From the IMG/VR virus record IMGVR_UViG_3300042484_002041, positions 64,001 to 128,000 of that record: DNA of 64,000 nucleotides. One strand, written 5' to 3'. Shown one piece after another: positions 1-8,611 of the stretch. Below the pieces are notes generated by a model. It was not told where the DNA came from, ran no database searches, and saw only the letters and a program-made list of their open reading frames with translations. This stretch comes from a virus. The stretch's first letter is position 1. Every line of letters starts with the position of its first letter. A program made the position numbers and the translations under genes.

Positions 1-1
1 T

Positions 2-121
2 ATTCAGGAATGTGTTGGAGTTGTGGAAGGTGGAAGGTTCCTACACACTCAGGCACCAACTGCTATCTTTGCTAAAGAGTGTAGTGATGCGATCAAACGA
101 CATTTCGGAGTTTCAGAATGA
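2..121 (+). CDS. Partial member of the 'HFGVEE' cassette family (5' end outside window)
   Basis: Frame 2 reads IQECVGVVEGG...AIKRHFGVSE*; not in the ORF track. Confidence 0.75.
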   Translation: MQECVGVVEGGRFLHTQAPTAIFAKECSDAIKRHFGVSE

Positions 122-288
122 ACGAAAAATATATGGATTTACAACAAAAAGTGGTTTATGCAGTGCTAGAAATGCAGAAAGGCTCACCATTAACAGATTT
201 CCTGACAGATAGCGAAATTGAAGAAGCACTAAGTATGTTCGCAGATGTGTTAATTTCTTTAGGTATTCAACTCAAAGGCGAAGAATGA
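118..288 (+). CDS. Small hypothetical protein (56 aa)
   Basis: MNEKYMDLQQ...QLKGEE; GGAG RBS and ATGA overlaps at both ends. Confidence 0.65.
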   Translation: MNEKYMDLQQKVVYAVLEMQKGSPLTDFLTDSEIEEALSMFADVLISLGIQLKGEE

Positions 289-542
289 ACGACAGAATTC
301 GTGAACTATACCAACAAGCCCATAGCATACGTCATTATGACGGTGATCCTATGCGTGAGGGTAATCCTCCTACTGTTTATTGGCAAGGTGAAAAGAGTGC
401 TGAAAAGTTCGCCGAGCTGATTGTGCGGGAATGTGCCAATCATTGTGACCTACTGCTGGATCATAAGATTAGTTCAGAATGGTCAAGAGGAACACACGAT
501 TGTTCCAGAGCGATTAAGAAACATTTCGGAGTTGAAGAATGA
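285..542 (+). CDS. 'HFGVEE' cassette family protein
   Basis: MNDRIREL...AEKFAELIVREC...IKKHFGVEE. Confidence 0.8.
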   Translation: MNDRIRELYQQAHSIRHYDGDPMREGNPPTVYWQGEKSAEKFAELIVRECANHCDLLLDHKISSEWSRGTHDCSRAIKKHFGVEE

Positions 543-787
543 ACGAACGAATTAAAGAACTTGTTCAACATGCTGTCTTAGCCGTTGATATTGTCACGGG
601 AAATGAAGCACTAGATGATGAACTGGCTAAGATGTATATTCCTGATTGCTTTGCCGAAAAGTTCGCCGAGTTGATTGTGCGGGAATGCTTGAATCAATGC
701 TATAATCGTGGTATGAACGATGAATTGTATGCTGGGCAACTCAATGCCGCATGGTATATTGAACAACATTTCGGAGTTGAAGAATGA
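539..787 (+). CDS. 'HFGVEE' cassette family protein
   Basis: MNERIKEL...AEKFAELIVREC...IEQHFGVEE. Confidence 0.8.
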   Translation: MNERIKELVQHAVLAVDIVTGNEALDDELAKMYIPDCFAEKFAELIVRECLNQCYNRGMNDELYAGQLNAAWYIEQHFGVEE

Positions 788-1041
788 ACGAACGAATTCA
801 ACAACTTGCACTTGAGGCATTTGATCCGATAAACGCATTGGCATCTGAAGGTGTGGCAGATCGCCACACCTTTGACCAAGCATGGTTCCAACTGTATAAC
901 AAAAAGTTCGCCGAACTGATTGTTCAGGAATGTGGGACTGTAATCAATAGTGAAAATTATCGAGAACATTCTAAAGGTTGGAATAGCGCTATTGAATGGT
1001 CATTCGGTATGATTAAAGAACATTTCGGAGTTGAAGAATGA
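784..1041 (+). CDS. 'HFGVEE' cassette family protein
   Basis: MNERIQQL...KKFAELIVQEC...IKEHFGVEE. Confidence 0.8.
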   Translation: MNERIQQLALEAFDPINALASEGVADRHTFDQAWFQLYNKKFAELIVQECGTVINSENYREHSKGWNSAIEWSFGMIKEHFGVEE

Positions 1042-1355
1042 TAACAATTAATCTTGAAGAAATTCCACAAGGTGTATTGGATGACATCGCTGATTGTGTT
1101 GAAGTAGTTACCTTTGAAAATTATATGAAACCGGTAACTGCTGAATGTGAACTCAGACGATCAAACTATCGTAGGTTCGTTGCCAACAATGTTGAAGGCT
1201 GGGCGTTAGATAGTAAAACTTTTGAATCTAAATTAATTACGGGAACTAAAATGGAATGTTATCTTGTTCGGGGTATTTTTACTGCCGATACCGCAGATAT
1301 CTATTCTGTCCTATCTGCTGGAATTGGGGTATCAAATTTCGGAGTTGAAGAATGA
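1038..1355 (+). CDS. Hypothetical protein ending in the FGVEE junction
   Basis: Body unrelated to the family but ends NFGVEE; translationally coupled on both sides. Confidence 0.7.
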   Translation: MITINLEEIPQGVLDDIADCVEVVTFENYMKPVTAECELRRSNYRRFVANNVEGWALDSKTFESKLITGTKMECYLVRGIFTADTADIYSVLSAGIGVSNFGVEE

Positions 1356-1555
1356 AACCCTATGCAGAAATCAAAGTGTTAGATGTTTATCAGAATCCTG
1401 TGACAGGATCAGAGTGGGCAGTGGTGGAGAAATCTGATTCTGAAAAGATGGTGCAACTCACCATGATTGGCAGCAACAATGATAAGCAGTATACAATGTG
1501 GAAGCGAAACACTGATAGAATTTTTAATTTTCCACAAGTGCAATACGGAAACTAG
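1352..1555 (+). CDS. Hypothetical protein
   Basis: ATGA coupling, GGAG RBS. Confidence 0.65.
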   Translation: MKPYAEIKVLDVYQNPVTGSEWAVVEKSDSEKMVQLTMIGSNNDKQYTMWKRNTDRIFNFPQVQYGN

Positions 1556-1939
1556 ATGACGAGTTCAGAAATCAAAGGCTTCTTCTACTTTGGTAACGTA
1601 CGGTGGCTGCCATATAGGCTGAGCATCAAAGATAAACTTTGGTGGAGATTCGTGCCCGGAGTTGTGATCAATGTAAAGTGGCCCAGTGGTAAGATTGTAG
1701 CAGGACCGGGGCCAGGCGATCCATTCTGGTGTGATTTGGGTGGAGCAAACTATATAACTTTTGATTCGGCGGACCCGAATGACCACTATCGCCCGGAACT
1801 TACTAAACTTGTTGGCAAACAAGGAATCCATTGGAACTGGGGTATGTCCGATAGGGATGTTACTGATAATCGTGTAACCATAAAGATCATAAAAAGCAAA
1901 GCAAAATACGCTTCATACTTTGCCATTAAATGGAATTGA
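1556..1939 (+). CDS. Hypothetical protein (C-terminal F-x-[IL]-K-W family)
   Basis: Abuts the upstream stop; ends YASYFAIKWN. Confidence 0.65.
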   Translation: MTSSEIKGFFYFGNVRWLPYRLSIKDKLWWRFVPGVVINVKWPSGKIVAGPGPGDPFWCDLGGANYITFDSADPNDHYRPELTKLVGKQGIHWNWGMSDRDVTDNRVTIKIIKSKAKYASYFAIKWN

Positions 1940-1960
1940 ATGATGAGCGGGCGATTTCGA

Positions 1961-1989
1961 TTGACAATAAATCGCACCTGTGCTATAAT
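1961..1989 (+). promoter_or_regulatory. sigma70-type early promoter
   Basis: TTGACA-17 nt-TATAAT with extended TG. Confidence 0.85.
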
Positions 1990-2010
1990 AGCAGCTATAC
2001 AATGGAGTTG

Positions 2011-2253
2011 ATGATGATTGATACTGAACAGATTTATTCACAGTGTGTGTACGATGTTGACAACAGGTATGTTACCCTGCGTTTGAAAAATTGTGGAGTT
2101 AGTCAAAGTGGTTCGTTTTGGCTCATAATGTCCGACACGTCCAACGACACTAAATTGGATCAAGAAATCTCAATCTTCTTGACTCCGGGTGATTTAAGAG
2201 AAGTCATTGCTAGTTTGACAGAGGCGTTAGAGAAAAATGAAAGAAGAAATTAA
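2011..2253 (+). CDS. Hypothetical protein
   Basis: Start placed at the ATG after the GGAG RBS downstream of the promoter. Confidence 0.6.
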   Translation: MMIDTEQIYSQCVYDVDNRYVTLRLKNCGVSQSGSFWLIMSDTSNDTKLDQEISIFLTPGDLREVIASLTEALEKNERRN

Positions 2254-2440
2254 ACTAATGTGGTCTGATCCACGCTTTCAAGTCTTGATCAATGTGCTAC
2301 ATCTCCTTGAGGGAGATAGAATTTGGGGCGGTATGGATTGGGTGTATCATCCTATTCCTTCTTTTAAGTATCTGCCCGTCAGGGACCAGGTTCGCCAAGC
2401 ATTGGATGCTGTTAAAGCAGAGTACGGAGTAGTAGAATGA
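2237..2440 (+). CDS. Hypothetical protein ending in a degenerate junction (EYGVVE)
   Basis: Overlapping coupling; junction variant GTACGGAGTAGTAGAATGA. Confidence 0.65.
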   Translation: MKEEIKLMWSDPRFQVLINVLHLLEGDRIWGGMDWVYHPIPSFKYLPVRDQVRQALDAVKAEYGVVE

Positions 2441-2709
2441 ACAACCAAAGACTCAAAGCCTTGCTTGAGGAAGTTGGATTTGTTGGGTATCGCAATGCCG
2501 CTGGATTTGTTAACGTCCCGGTCCCTGCTTTTATTAGTCAGATGGATCGATTCGCTGAACTGATTATTCAGGAATGTGCAAGAGTTGCGGTTGCAACACC
2601 CTGTCCAATCACAGATGAAGTCAGCCTGCAGTCTCAGGGACACACCTGGGACATGGCCACTATCGAAGCCGCCAGATCCATCAGACAACATTTTAAGGAT
2701 CAGCAATGA
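2437..2709 (+). CDS. 'HFGVEE' cassette family protein (divergent)
   Basis: MNNQRLKAL...DRFAELIIQEC...IRQHF. Confidence 0.75.
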   Translation: MNNQRLKALLEEVGFVGYRNAAGFVNVPVPAFISQMDRFAELIIQECARVAVATPCPITDEVSLQSQGHTWDMATIEAARSIRQHFKDQQ

Positions 2710-2945
2710 AATATACACTGTTTCTCTTGTTAGGATTCCTAATAGGATGTGGGCCATATGCAAAAGAAACACGCTGGCCTGTCATGCCCGATGGCCTGCA
2801 AGATTGTAAAATCTATAATCTATCTGATGGTAATGGTCATGCGATCACAGTTGCTCGTTGCCCGCTGTCAGCTACAACAGTGAAGAATTCAAATAAAATT
2901 CCCGCCACATCTATCACCATTGACCGCACAGAGGCAGCAAAATGA
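2706..2945 (+). CDS. Putative small lipoprotein
   Basis: Hydrophobic N-terminus with lipobox-like LIGC. Confidence 0.55.
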   Translation: MKYTLFLLLGFLIGCGPYAKETRWPVMPDGLQDCKIYNLSDGNGHAITVARCPLSATTVKNSNKIPATSITIDRTEAAK

Positions 2946-3196
2946 TGAACAAACGAATTCGACAACTTGCCAACCAGTCTGGATTCAGTACTGAATTGTC
3001 AGAAGCAATGACCACACGTCATAATACAGCATCGGGACTTGAAAAGTTTGCCGAACAAATCGTTCTGGAATGCTGCCAGATGATGGTTGACTTGGAACGC
3101 AAGTATCCAGTCAACCTCACTGTGCGAGAGATTAAACAGCATTTTGGTATTACTGTTAAACAACATGCCGCCGCTGAGTGGCCAAAGGAACTATAA
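2942..3196 (+). CDS. 'HFGVEE' cassette family protein (divergent)
   Basis: MNKRIRQL...LEKFAEQIVLEC...IKQHFGI. Confidence 0.75.
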   Translation: MMNKRIRQLANQSGFSTELSEAMTTRHNTASGLEKFAEQIVLECCQMMVDLERKYPVNLTVREIKQHFGITVKQHAAAEWPKEL

Positions 3197-3387
3197 TGCA
3201 CCTAACTAGAACTGACGTTGCAAAGATGTACGAGATCATGAGCTACTTTCCGGATGTGAGCCGCTTTGAGATCAATCAGGACGGCACATCCGGGATTGGC
3301 ACCGTGACCACCATGACCATGTTTGCCATAGTGAATGGCTACGAAGGTAAGTTTACTGTTGAAATTTCAGGAACGGAGAATTGGTAA
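3196..3387 (+). CDS. Hypothetical protein
   Basis: TAATG coupling; MHLTRTD...ENW. Confidence 0.65.
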   Translation: MHLTRTDVAKMYEIMSYFPDVSRFEINQDGTSGIGTVTTMTMFAIVNGYEGKFTVEISGTENW

Positions 3388-3554
3388 TGAAGATTCAATT
3401 TGACAAGAAGACCATGCCCGATGCGCTGTACAATGCACTGCTGCAACACTTTGTCAACGAGGCAGTGGGCTTGGGTGTAGAAGTAAACAAGTTTACCCAA
3501 TTCAACAACTGGGTTGTAGAGTGTGAAGTTGATGCAAAGAAACCAGTGCACTGA
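3387..3554 (+). CDS. Small hypothetical protein (55 aa)
   Basis: MKIQFDKKTMPDALYN...KKPVH; TAATG coupling; not in the ORF track. Confidence 0.6.
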   Translation: MKIQFDKKTMPDALYNALLQHFVNEAVGLGVEVNKFTQFNNWVVECEVDAKKPVH

Positions 3555-3557
3555 TAA

Positions 3558-4598
3558 ATGAATCCATATCAAAGTCTGCCAGATTCTGCATTCTGGAAAC
3601 TAGCAGTATCAAGCAAAAGCATGTTTGATGTTGATAATTTATGGGACCCAAAGTTTGACATTCAATCAACTCAAGCCGTAGTAACTTTTGGATCTTGCTT
3701 TTCACAGCATATCGGTTCTGCATTGAAAGCTCGAGGATTTAACTGGCTGAGTACAGAGGCGGCCCCCTGGGGGCTAAGTAAAAAAAATTCTCGTTTGCTA
3801 AACTATGATATTTTCTCTGCGCGAACGGGTAACATCTATACAACATCTTTGTTAAGGCAATGGACCGAATGGGCACTGGGCATTTCTACTGTACCCGACG
3901 AAGTCTGGGTGAAAGATTCTCGCTACTACGACCCTTTTAGGCCGGTAATAGAACCCAATGGATTCGAATCCGAATCGGAAATGAGGCACTCGCAGGCCCA
4001 AGCCATACGGTCGTTTCGAGAAAGCATACTACAAGCCACATACTTTGTGTTTACGTTAGGCTTAACTGAAAGTTGGGTTAATCCACTGGGATATGAATAT
4101 CCCATGTGCCCGGGAACAGCAGCCGGAGAGTTTGATCCCGCTAAACACGAATTTAAGAACCAACAATTTTCGGAGATACTTCAAAATTTACAAAGTGTCA
4201 TATCAATGATGCAGCATGCAAATCCCAGTATCAAGTTTATCTTGACCGTATCACCAGTGCCGTTAACTGCTACTATGTCCAACCGACACGTGTTGGTTGC
4301 AACTACAGAAACAAAATCCATACTTCGCGCAGTTGCTGGCCAGTTAGCAACAAATAACGCACACATCGATTACTTCCCGGGCTACGAACTTGTTAATAGT
4401 CCGATCTTCAAGGGAATATTCTTTGAGCCAAATCAAAGAAATGTAAATCCATACGGAGTTAACTATGTCATGGATATTTTCCTTAAATGCTTAGAGAATA
4501 AATTTGGAAAGTGCCAAAATGCTTTAATCGACCTATTAGTCGAAGATACAGATGAAATATGCGAAGAAGAATTATTAGATGCATTTAAGGAAGGATGA
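3558..4598 (+). CDS. GSCFA-domain protein (SGNH-like)
   Basis: FGSCFSQHI, FTLGLTESW, LTVSPVPL, YFPGYE motifs typical of the GSCFA family. Confidence 0.85.
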   Translation: MNPYQSLPDSAFWKLAVSSKSMFDVDNLWDPKFDIQSTQAVVTFGSCFSQHIGSALKARGFNWLSTEAAPWGLSKKNSRLLNYDIFSARTGNIYTTSLLRQWTEWALGISTVPDEVWVKDSRYYDPFRPVIEPNGFESESEMRHSQAQAIRSFRESILQATYFVFTLGLTESWVNPLGYEYPMCPGTAAGEFDPAKHEFKNQQFSEILQNLQSVISMMQHANPSIKFILTVSPVPLTATMSNRHVLVATTETKSILRAVAGQLATNNAHIDYFPGYELVNSPIFKGIFFEPNQRNVNPYGVNYVMDIFLKCLENKFGKCQNALIDLLVEDTDEICEEELLDAFKEG

Positions 4599-5311
4599 TG
4601 AAGATTTGTGTTATAGGTAACAGTCATGTGGGATCATTAAAAAGAGGATGGGCCAACATTAATGGCAACTTTCCCGGAATAGAAGTTACATTCTTTGCCA
4701 ACCGAGGTCAGGGTCTTGATAGACTAGGTGTGTGCAATGGAAAACTTTCCCCGAGTGATGCTGTGATGACCCGAGCGCTTGAGGTAACGTCCGGGGGCAA
4801 GAATAATATTGATCCATCAGAGTATGATGTCATCCTTATTTACGGAGCAGGTACCACTGGTGTTAGAGTGGCCAATGATACCCAATTTTATTCAAGAGCA
4901 GTTATTGAAAGTATCTTAACTGACTCTATAATAACCACCACTGGTTTTAGAATCTTAAAAAAATTAAGGGCTATCACTGATAAAGTTATGTTTGTTGGAC
5001 ATGCACCGCTGCCGGCTGCTACTCAAATCTTATCCAACGTGCCGCCCAGTGATTTTATAGACAGAATAGAACGTATTAACAATCTGATTTATCGTCCACT
5101 CAATAGCAAACTAATAATGCAGCCGTTAAGCACTATCGTGAATGGAAATAGTACACATCCAGAGTTGTCAAAAGGATCTAAAAAATTATCAGTTGGCGAC
5201 AGCCAGGATGATCTAGATCATCCTGCAGATGATACTATACATATGAATGCTAGATTTGGCGAGATTTGGTTAACAGAATTTTTAAACAACTACTCCAAAG
5301 GGACCGACTGA
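4595..5311 (+). CDS. SGNH-like hypothetical protein
   Basis: IGNSH block I-like motif and C-terminal DTIHMN. Confidence 0.6.
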   Translation: MMKICVIGNSHVGSLKRGWANINGNFPGIEVTFFANRGQGLDRLGVCNGKLSPSDAVMTRALEVTSGGKNNIDPSEYDVILIYGAGTTGVRVANDTQFYSRAVIESILTDSIITTTGFRILKKLRAITDKVMFVGHAPLPAATQILSNVPPSDFIDRIERINNLIYRPLNSKLIMQPLSTIVNGNSTHPELSKGSKKLSVGDSQDDLDHPADDTIHMNARFGEIWLTEFLNNYSKGTD

Positions 5312-5393
5312 TGTAAAAGAACATAGCACTAAATATTGGTACTATGAAAAAATACTTGCCTAGATTCTCCTACTGGTCGGGCACAACTAACAC

Positions 5394-5422
5394 TTGACAC
5401 GCAATTAGATTGCTGCTATAAT
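5394..5422 (+). promoter_or_regulatory. sigma70-type early promoter
   Basis: TTGACA-17 nt-TATAAT; ATG 6 nt downstream. Confidence 0.85.
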
Positions 5423-5428
5423 ATATAA

Positions 5429-5662
5429 ATGACAACTACAGCAATCCCGGCCAATGGAGTCGATGGCGTGTTGATCTGGGTGCATGGCCTAGACAGATTT
5501 ATGTTTAGAGTTTACAACCCAGATCACACATTCAAAGATTATGACATTGACCACAGTGACCTCTGCGTGACCATCAAAGATCAAGACGCTTACTTCTACA
5601 AACATGATAACGGGTTGCTGACTCTGGATCACAGTCCCGAAACATTAGGAAAAACACTATGA
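5429..5662 (+). CDS. Hypothetical phage protein
   Basis: ORF directly after the promoter, coupled to the next gene. Confidence 0.65.
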   Translation: MTTTAIPANGVDGVLIWVHGLDRFMFRVYNPDHTFKDYDIDHSDLCVTIKDQDAYFYKHDNGLLTLDHSPETLGKTL

Positions 5663-5880
5663 ATGACAGAGTCAAGACTCTAGCCGAGCAGGCCGGATTT
5701 AGTTTTTGGGGAGATTGTTTCTTTGTAACCGATCCCAAAAGCACCGGGCTTGCTGAACTAGAAAAGTTCAGCGCACTACTTCTGGATCAGTGCGCAGAAC
5801 TAGTGGGCGGGTATTACGACGAGAGAACTCAGCAGTGGGCAGGTCCCGCTATCAAAGAATATTTTGGGGTCAAGGAATGA
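5659..5880 (+). CDS. 'HFGVEE' cassette family protein (divergent)
   Basis: MNDRVKTL...LEKFSALLLDQC...IKEYFGVKE. Confidence 0.75.
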   Translation: MNDRVKTLAEQAGFSFWGDCFFVTDPKSTGLAELEKFSALLLDQCAELVGGYYDERTQQWAGPAIKEYFGVKE

Positions 5881-6056
5881 CTGATCTTGAACTGATGTTA
5901 AAACAACATGATTGGGGCACTGGCGGATACACAGATAGGCCCATGTTAGATAAACTAATCAAGGAAAATCCCGATTCAGGGCCGGCATTGTGGGAGCAAT
6001 ATTGTCCGTGGTCTGATACCAATGGTGGTTACATCATATGGACAACTCGTAGTTGA
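5877..6056 (+). CDS. Hypothetical protein
   Basis: ATGA coupling; MTDLELMLKQHDW. Confidence 0.6.
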   Translation: MTDLELMLKQHDWGTGGYTDRPMLDKLIKENPDSGPALWEQYCPWSDTNGGYIIWTTRS

Positions 6057-6084
6057 ATCATGAACGCAAGGTTGGAGTCAAATC

Positions 6085-6273
6085 ATGCCAGTTATTAAGA
6101 CCAGTCTAGCAGAAGTAATGAACGATGATCCTAATAGCCCTTTTTGGCAAGCTATGACTTCTACTCCGGCATTCAAACTGTTTGAAAAAGAACTTGACAA
6201 CATCATTGCTGTCAGTTTAAAGTACAATAAGCCATACAACGATCTTACCGCAGAGGAATTGAAGAATGGATAA
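6085..6273 (+). CDS. Hypothetical protein
   Basis: GGAG RBS upstream. Confidence 0.6.
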   Translation: MPVIKTSLAEVMNDDPNSPFWQAMTSTPAFKLFEKELDNIIAVSLKYNKPYNDLTAEELKNG

Positions 6274-6598
6274 TCGTGCGTTAGTGTTTTCGATACTGGC
6301 AGGTCCAGCGCACTATGCTCACGAGACCGGTAAAGAGATGACCGCTATGATTCCAGGTGGGGTAGGTACACATCGTTGGCAACGTGTGCAGGAGAAAAAA
6401 ATGCTGCGAGCTGTTGATCAACATTTCGACATCATAATGCGGACGTTTACTATCGAGCAAGCGTCTCGTATTGCCAAGACTTGGTTAATACATTATCGAC
6501 TACCACTTGACCCATCTCGATTGAAAAATTTTGATTTGTTTCACGAAAGATGCGGGCCGTGGGTTTTAGAAAATGCCCAACACATCAAGGCTTATTAA
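6266..6598 (+). CDS. Hypothetical protein
   Basis: GAGG RBS, overlapping coupling. Confidence 0.6.
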   Translation: MDNRALVFSILAGPAHYAHETGKEMTAMIPGGVGTHRWQRVQEKKMLRAVDQHFDIIMRTFTIEQASRIAKTWLIHYRLPLDPSRLKNFDLFHERCGPWVLENAQHIKAY

Positions 6599-6807
6599 TG
6601 CGCGGACCACTACTGACATTTCGTGATTGCCCATTCTGTGGACATGACCTCAACGGTGATGACATTATGGACACTGTTTACCCCAGTAATCGTGAGCGCA
6701 CTGCCTGGCAGGTGGTGTGTCAAATATCAGCAACTGGATGTGGTGCTACTGTGTATGGTGAAACTGAAGAAGAAGCCATGGACAATTGGAACAAGAGAAC
6801 ACGATGA
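6598..6807 (+). CDS. Lar (restriction alleviation)-like zinc-finger protein
   Basis: CPFCG ... C-x5-C ... EEEAMDNWNKR; start placed at the TAATG. Confidence 0.7.
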   Translation: MRGPLLTFRDCPFCGHDLNGDDIMDTVYPSNRERTAWQVVCQISATGCGATVYGETEEEAMDNWNKRTR

Positions 6808-7058
6808 AAGACTTGATATATAGACTGCGTGAGCGAGCGCGGATTCGCCGACAGATCCCAACACGCAAGTCAGTCGAAGAAGGCAAGCCAGATCGAATCT
6901 CAGACTTGCTGGAAGAAGCAGCTGATGCAATCGAGCAACTGACTGCTGCTCGGGGCACACAGGGATGGGTGCAACAATGCTTGCCGCTGCACACCGAAGT
7001 ACAAAACGCTCTAGACAGTGCAGACTATAAACAATCTCTGGGCACTGGCCGTAACTAA
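6804..7058 (+). CDS. Hypothetical phage protein
   Basis: MKDLIYRLRERA...DLLEEAADAIEQL; ATGA coupling. Confidence 0.65.
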   Translation: MKDLIYRLRERARIRRQIPTRKSVEEGKPDRISDLLEEAADAIEQLTAARGTQGWVQQCLPLHTEVQNALDSADYKQSLGTGRN

Positions 7059-7074
7059 CCGGAATACATACACA

Positions 7075-7908
7075 ATGGCATCACACAATCACTATTGGTC
7101 CTGCACCACGTTTGCCGACTGGCTGCGCGGTACTCCAAAACCCGGCGCCGAGACCAGTTCAGGGTGGCGGGACTGGAGGAAGTCAGCACAGGCTGCACAT
7201 CCGTTTCGCTATTGGTTAGCCGACAAGTCCTTGGACAAGGTGCAGGACATTGTGTACTGGCCTGCGACTGTGCTGTACGATATCAAGCACTACATCAACA
7301 ACCGTTGGGTCACACGAACCCACGCACTTACCAGTTCAAGCCTGCCCCGGGGCAAATGGTGCGATCTTGACTGCCGTATTCTGCACTGTTTGTTTGACGA
7401 GTTGGTGAACCATGTTGAGATTGAACTGGCCTGGAGTAACATTGCTTGGAACAAAGAAGATCGTGTCAAATACAATGTACCATTTTATGCTGCAGGTTGG
7501 TTTAGGTGGCGTGTGTGGCGTTGCCCACAAGCAGGCCTGGACTATCTTGCATGGTCATCAGGGTTAAAACACAACGACGAATGGGACGACAAAGATGGTC
7601 CGGAATACAACAAACCTACCCGACAGGCCGTTGCTGCAACAGAAGTACTGGCGTTGTACGATTGGTGGAAGACCGTAAGACCGGTTCGCCCAGATCCGTA
7701 CGACGCTAGTGGGTGGAGTGAGATATGTGCTCGTCGGCGATCCGAAGACGAGGACTTCTTGGCAGGACTTGAGGATCGCACTGACGAGGAACGAGCCGAG
7801 AGCACCGCAGCCTTGGCCCGGTGTACTGAAATTGAACAGCAGCACGAAGACGAGGACACTGAGATGTTGACCCGTTTGATCCGTGTCCGAAAGAGCCTTT
7901 GGACTTAA
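7075..7908 (+). CDS. Hypothetical Trp-rich phage protein
   Basis: Long ORF; start placed at MASHNHYW. Confidence 0.7.
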   Translation: MASHNHYWSCTTFADWLRGTPKPGAETSSGWRDWRKSAQAAHPFRYWLADKSLDKVQDIVYWPATVLYDIKHYINNRWVTRTHALTSSSLPRGKWCDLDCRILHCLFDELVNHVEIELAWSNIAWNKEDRVKYNVPFYAAGWFRWRVWRCPQAGLDYLAWSSGLKHNDEWDDKDGPEYNKPTRQAVAATEVLALYDWWKTVRPVRPDPYDASGWSEICARRRSEDEDFLAGLEDRTDEERAESTAALARCTEIEQQHEDEDTEMLTRLIRVRKSLWT

Positions 7909-7979
7909 AGTAATACATAACTTTACGCCGCAACCCAGTAAATATTATTATAAAAATAATAATAGTAAGGGTAAGTGGC

Positions 7980-8420
7980 ATGAAATCAACAGAAATAAAT
8001 GCCGGGGCAAAGGCAGCAATAGGAACACTACGTGAGAGCATGGCAGTTGGCAAAGAAGGCGCCAAGATTGTCACGGACATGCAAGCAGAAATTCATGCAG
8101 TTGTTAATCAAGAACGACAGAAGAGAGCCCAGGCTCTCAAAGAAAAAGAACAGCTGGGTAGTCAACAAGAACAAACAGCGTATAGAAAATTCTTAGACCG
8201 CGCCAGGGCCGCTAAAGACACTGCAGACCTGAAGGATCATATAATCAAAACACATGGCCCAAAGAGTTGGGAAGAATTCTTAAAAGTCAAGGCCGAAGTA
8301 GAGAAGCATGACATCGAAGAAGCACGACTGGTCAAGAACGATAAGGACAAGATAAACGATTTGTTCTGGTGGTGCATGGCTGCTGCATTTGTTATAGTTT
8401 ATTTTATATCAGGAGGTTAA
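7980..8420 (+). CDS. Coiled-coil protein with C-terminal membrane anchor
   Basis: Charged helical body, terminal LFWWCMAAAFVIVYFI; TAAATA at 7939-7944. Confidence 0.65.
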   Translation: MKSTEINAGAKAAIGTLRESMAVGKEGAKIVTDMQAEIHAVVNQERQKRAQALKEKEQLGSQQEQTAYRKFLDRARAAKDTADLKDHIIKTHGPKSWEEFLKVKAEVEKHDIEEARLVKNDKDKINDLFWWCMAAAFVIVYFISGG

Positions 8421-8421
8421 C

Positions 8422-8535
8422 ATGGGACATGGACGACTGGTAGCTATAATTGTACTTGCATTAATAATGGGATCAGTTGTGCTAAAGCATCAGACCCCCG
8501 AAACGGCTGAACCTCATAAAAAATATCAAAAATAG
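8422..8535 (+). CDS. Small membrane peptide (37 aa)
   Basis: MGHGRLVAIIVLALIMGSVVLK...; strong AGGAGG RBS. Confidence 0.5.
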   Translation: MGHGRLVAIIVLALIMGSVVLKHQTPETAEPHKKYQK

Positions 8536-8542
8536 TCAGACA

Positions 8543-8576
8543 CTGTAATAAAATTGTAACAATTATATGCTATTAT
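8543..8576 (+). promoter_or_regulatory. Pho box (PhoB site) plus -10 element of pstS
   Basis: CTGTAAT-AAAA-TTGTAAC (8543-8560) resembles the CTGTCAT-N4-CTGTCAC consensus, 10 nt upstream of TATTAT (8571-8576). Confidence 0.8.
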
Positions 8577-8611
8577 TATTGTAAATAATGTAACACAAAG
8601 GAGAATACACA

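Larger units (their letters stand above)
100..1356 (+). repeat. Dispersed junction repeat ACATTTCGGAGTTGAAGAATGA(ACGAACGAATT)
   Basis: Copies at 100-126 (variant), 521-553, 766-798 (identical 33-mers), 1020-1041 and 1336-1356; contains GGAG RBS and ATGA stop/start. Confidence 0.9.

Noticed and set aside
100-1356. Repeats with unique intervening sequence resembling a CRISPR array
   Set aside because: Spacing is ~250 nt or more, repeats are in-frame coding with RBS/ATGA junctions, and no cas genes are present
1553-1558. In-frame TAG-ATG suggesting stop-codon reassignment
   Set aside because: Long genes are intact under the standard code; simple gene abutment explains it
285-3196. Diversity-generating retroelement
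   Set aside because: No reverse transcriptase and no template/variable repeat pair differing only at adenines
5344-5397. Tiny ORF MKKYLPRFSYWSGTTNT after a TAAATA
   Set aside because: 17 codons running into the next promoter; possibly a gene remnant but unsupported
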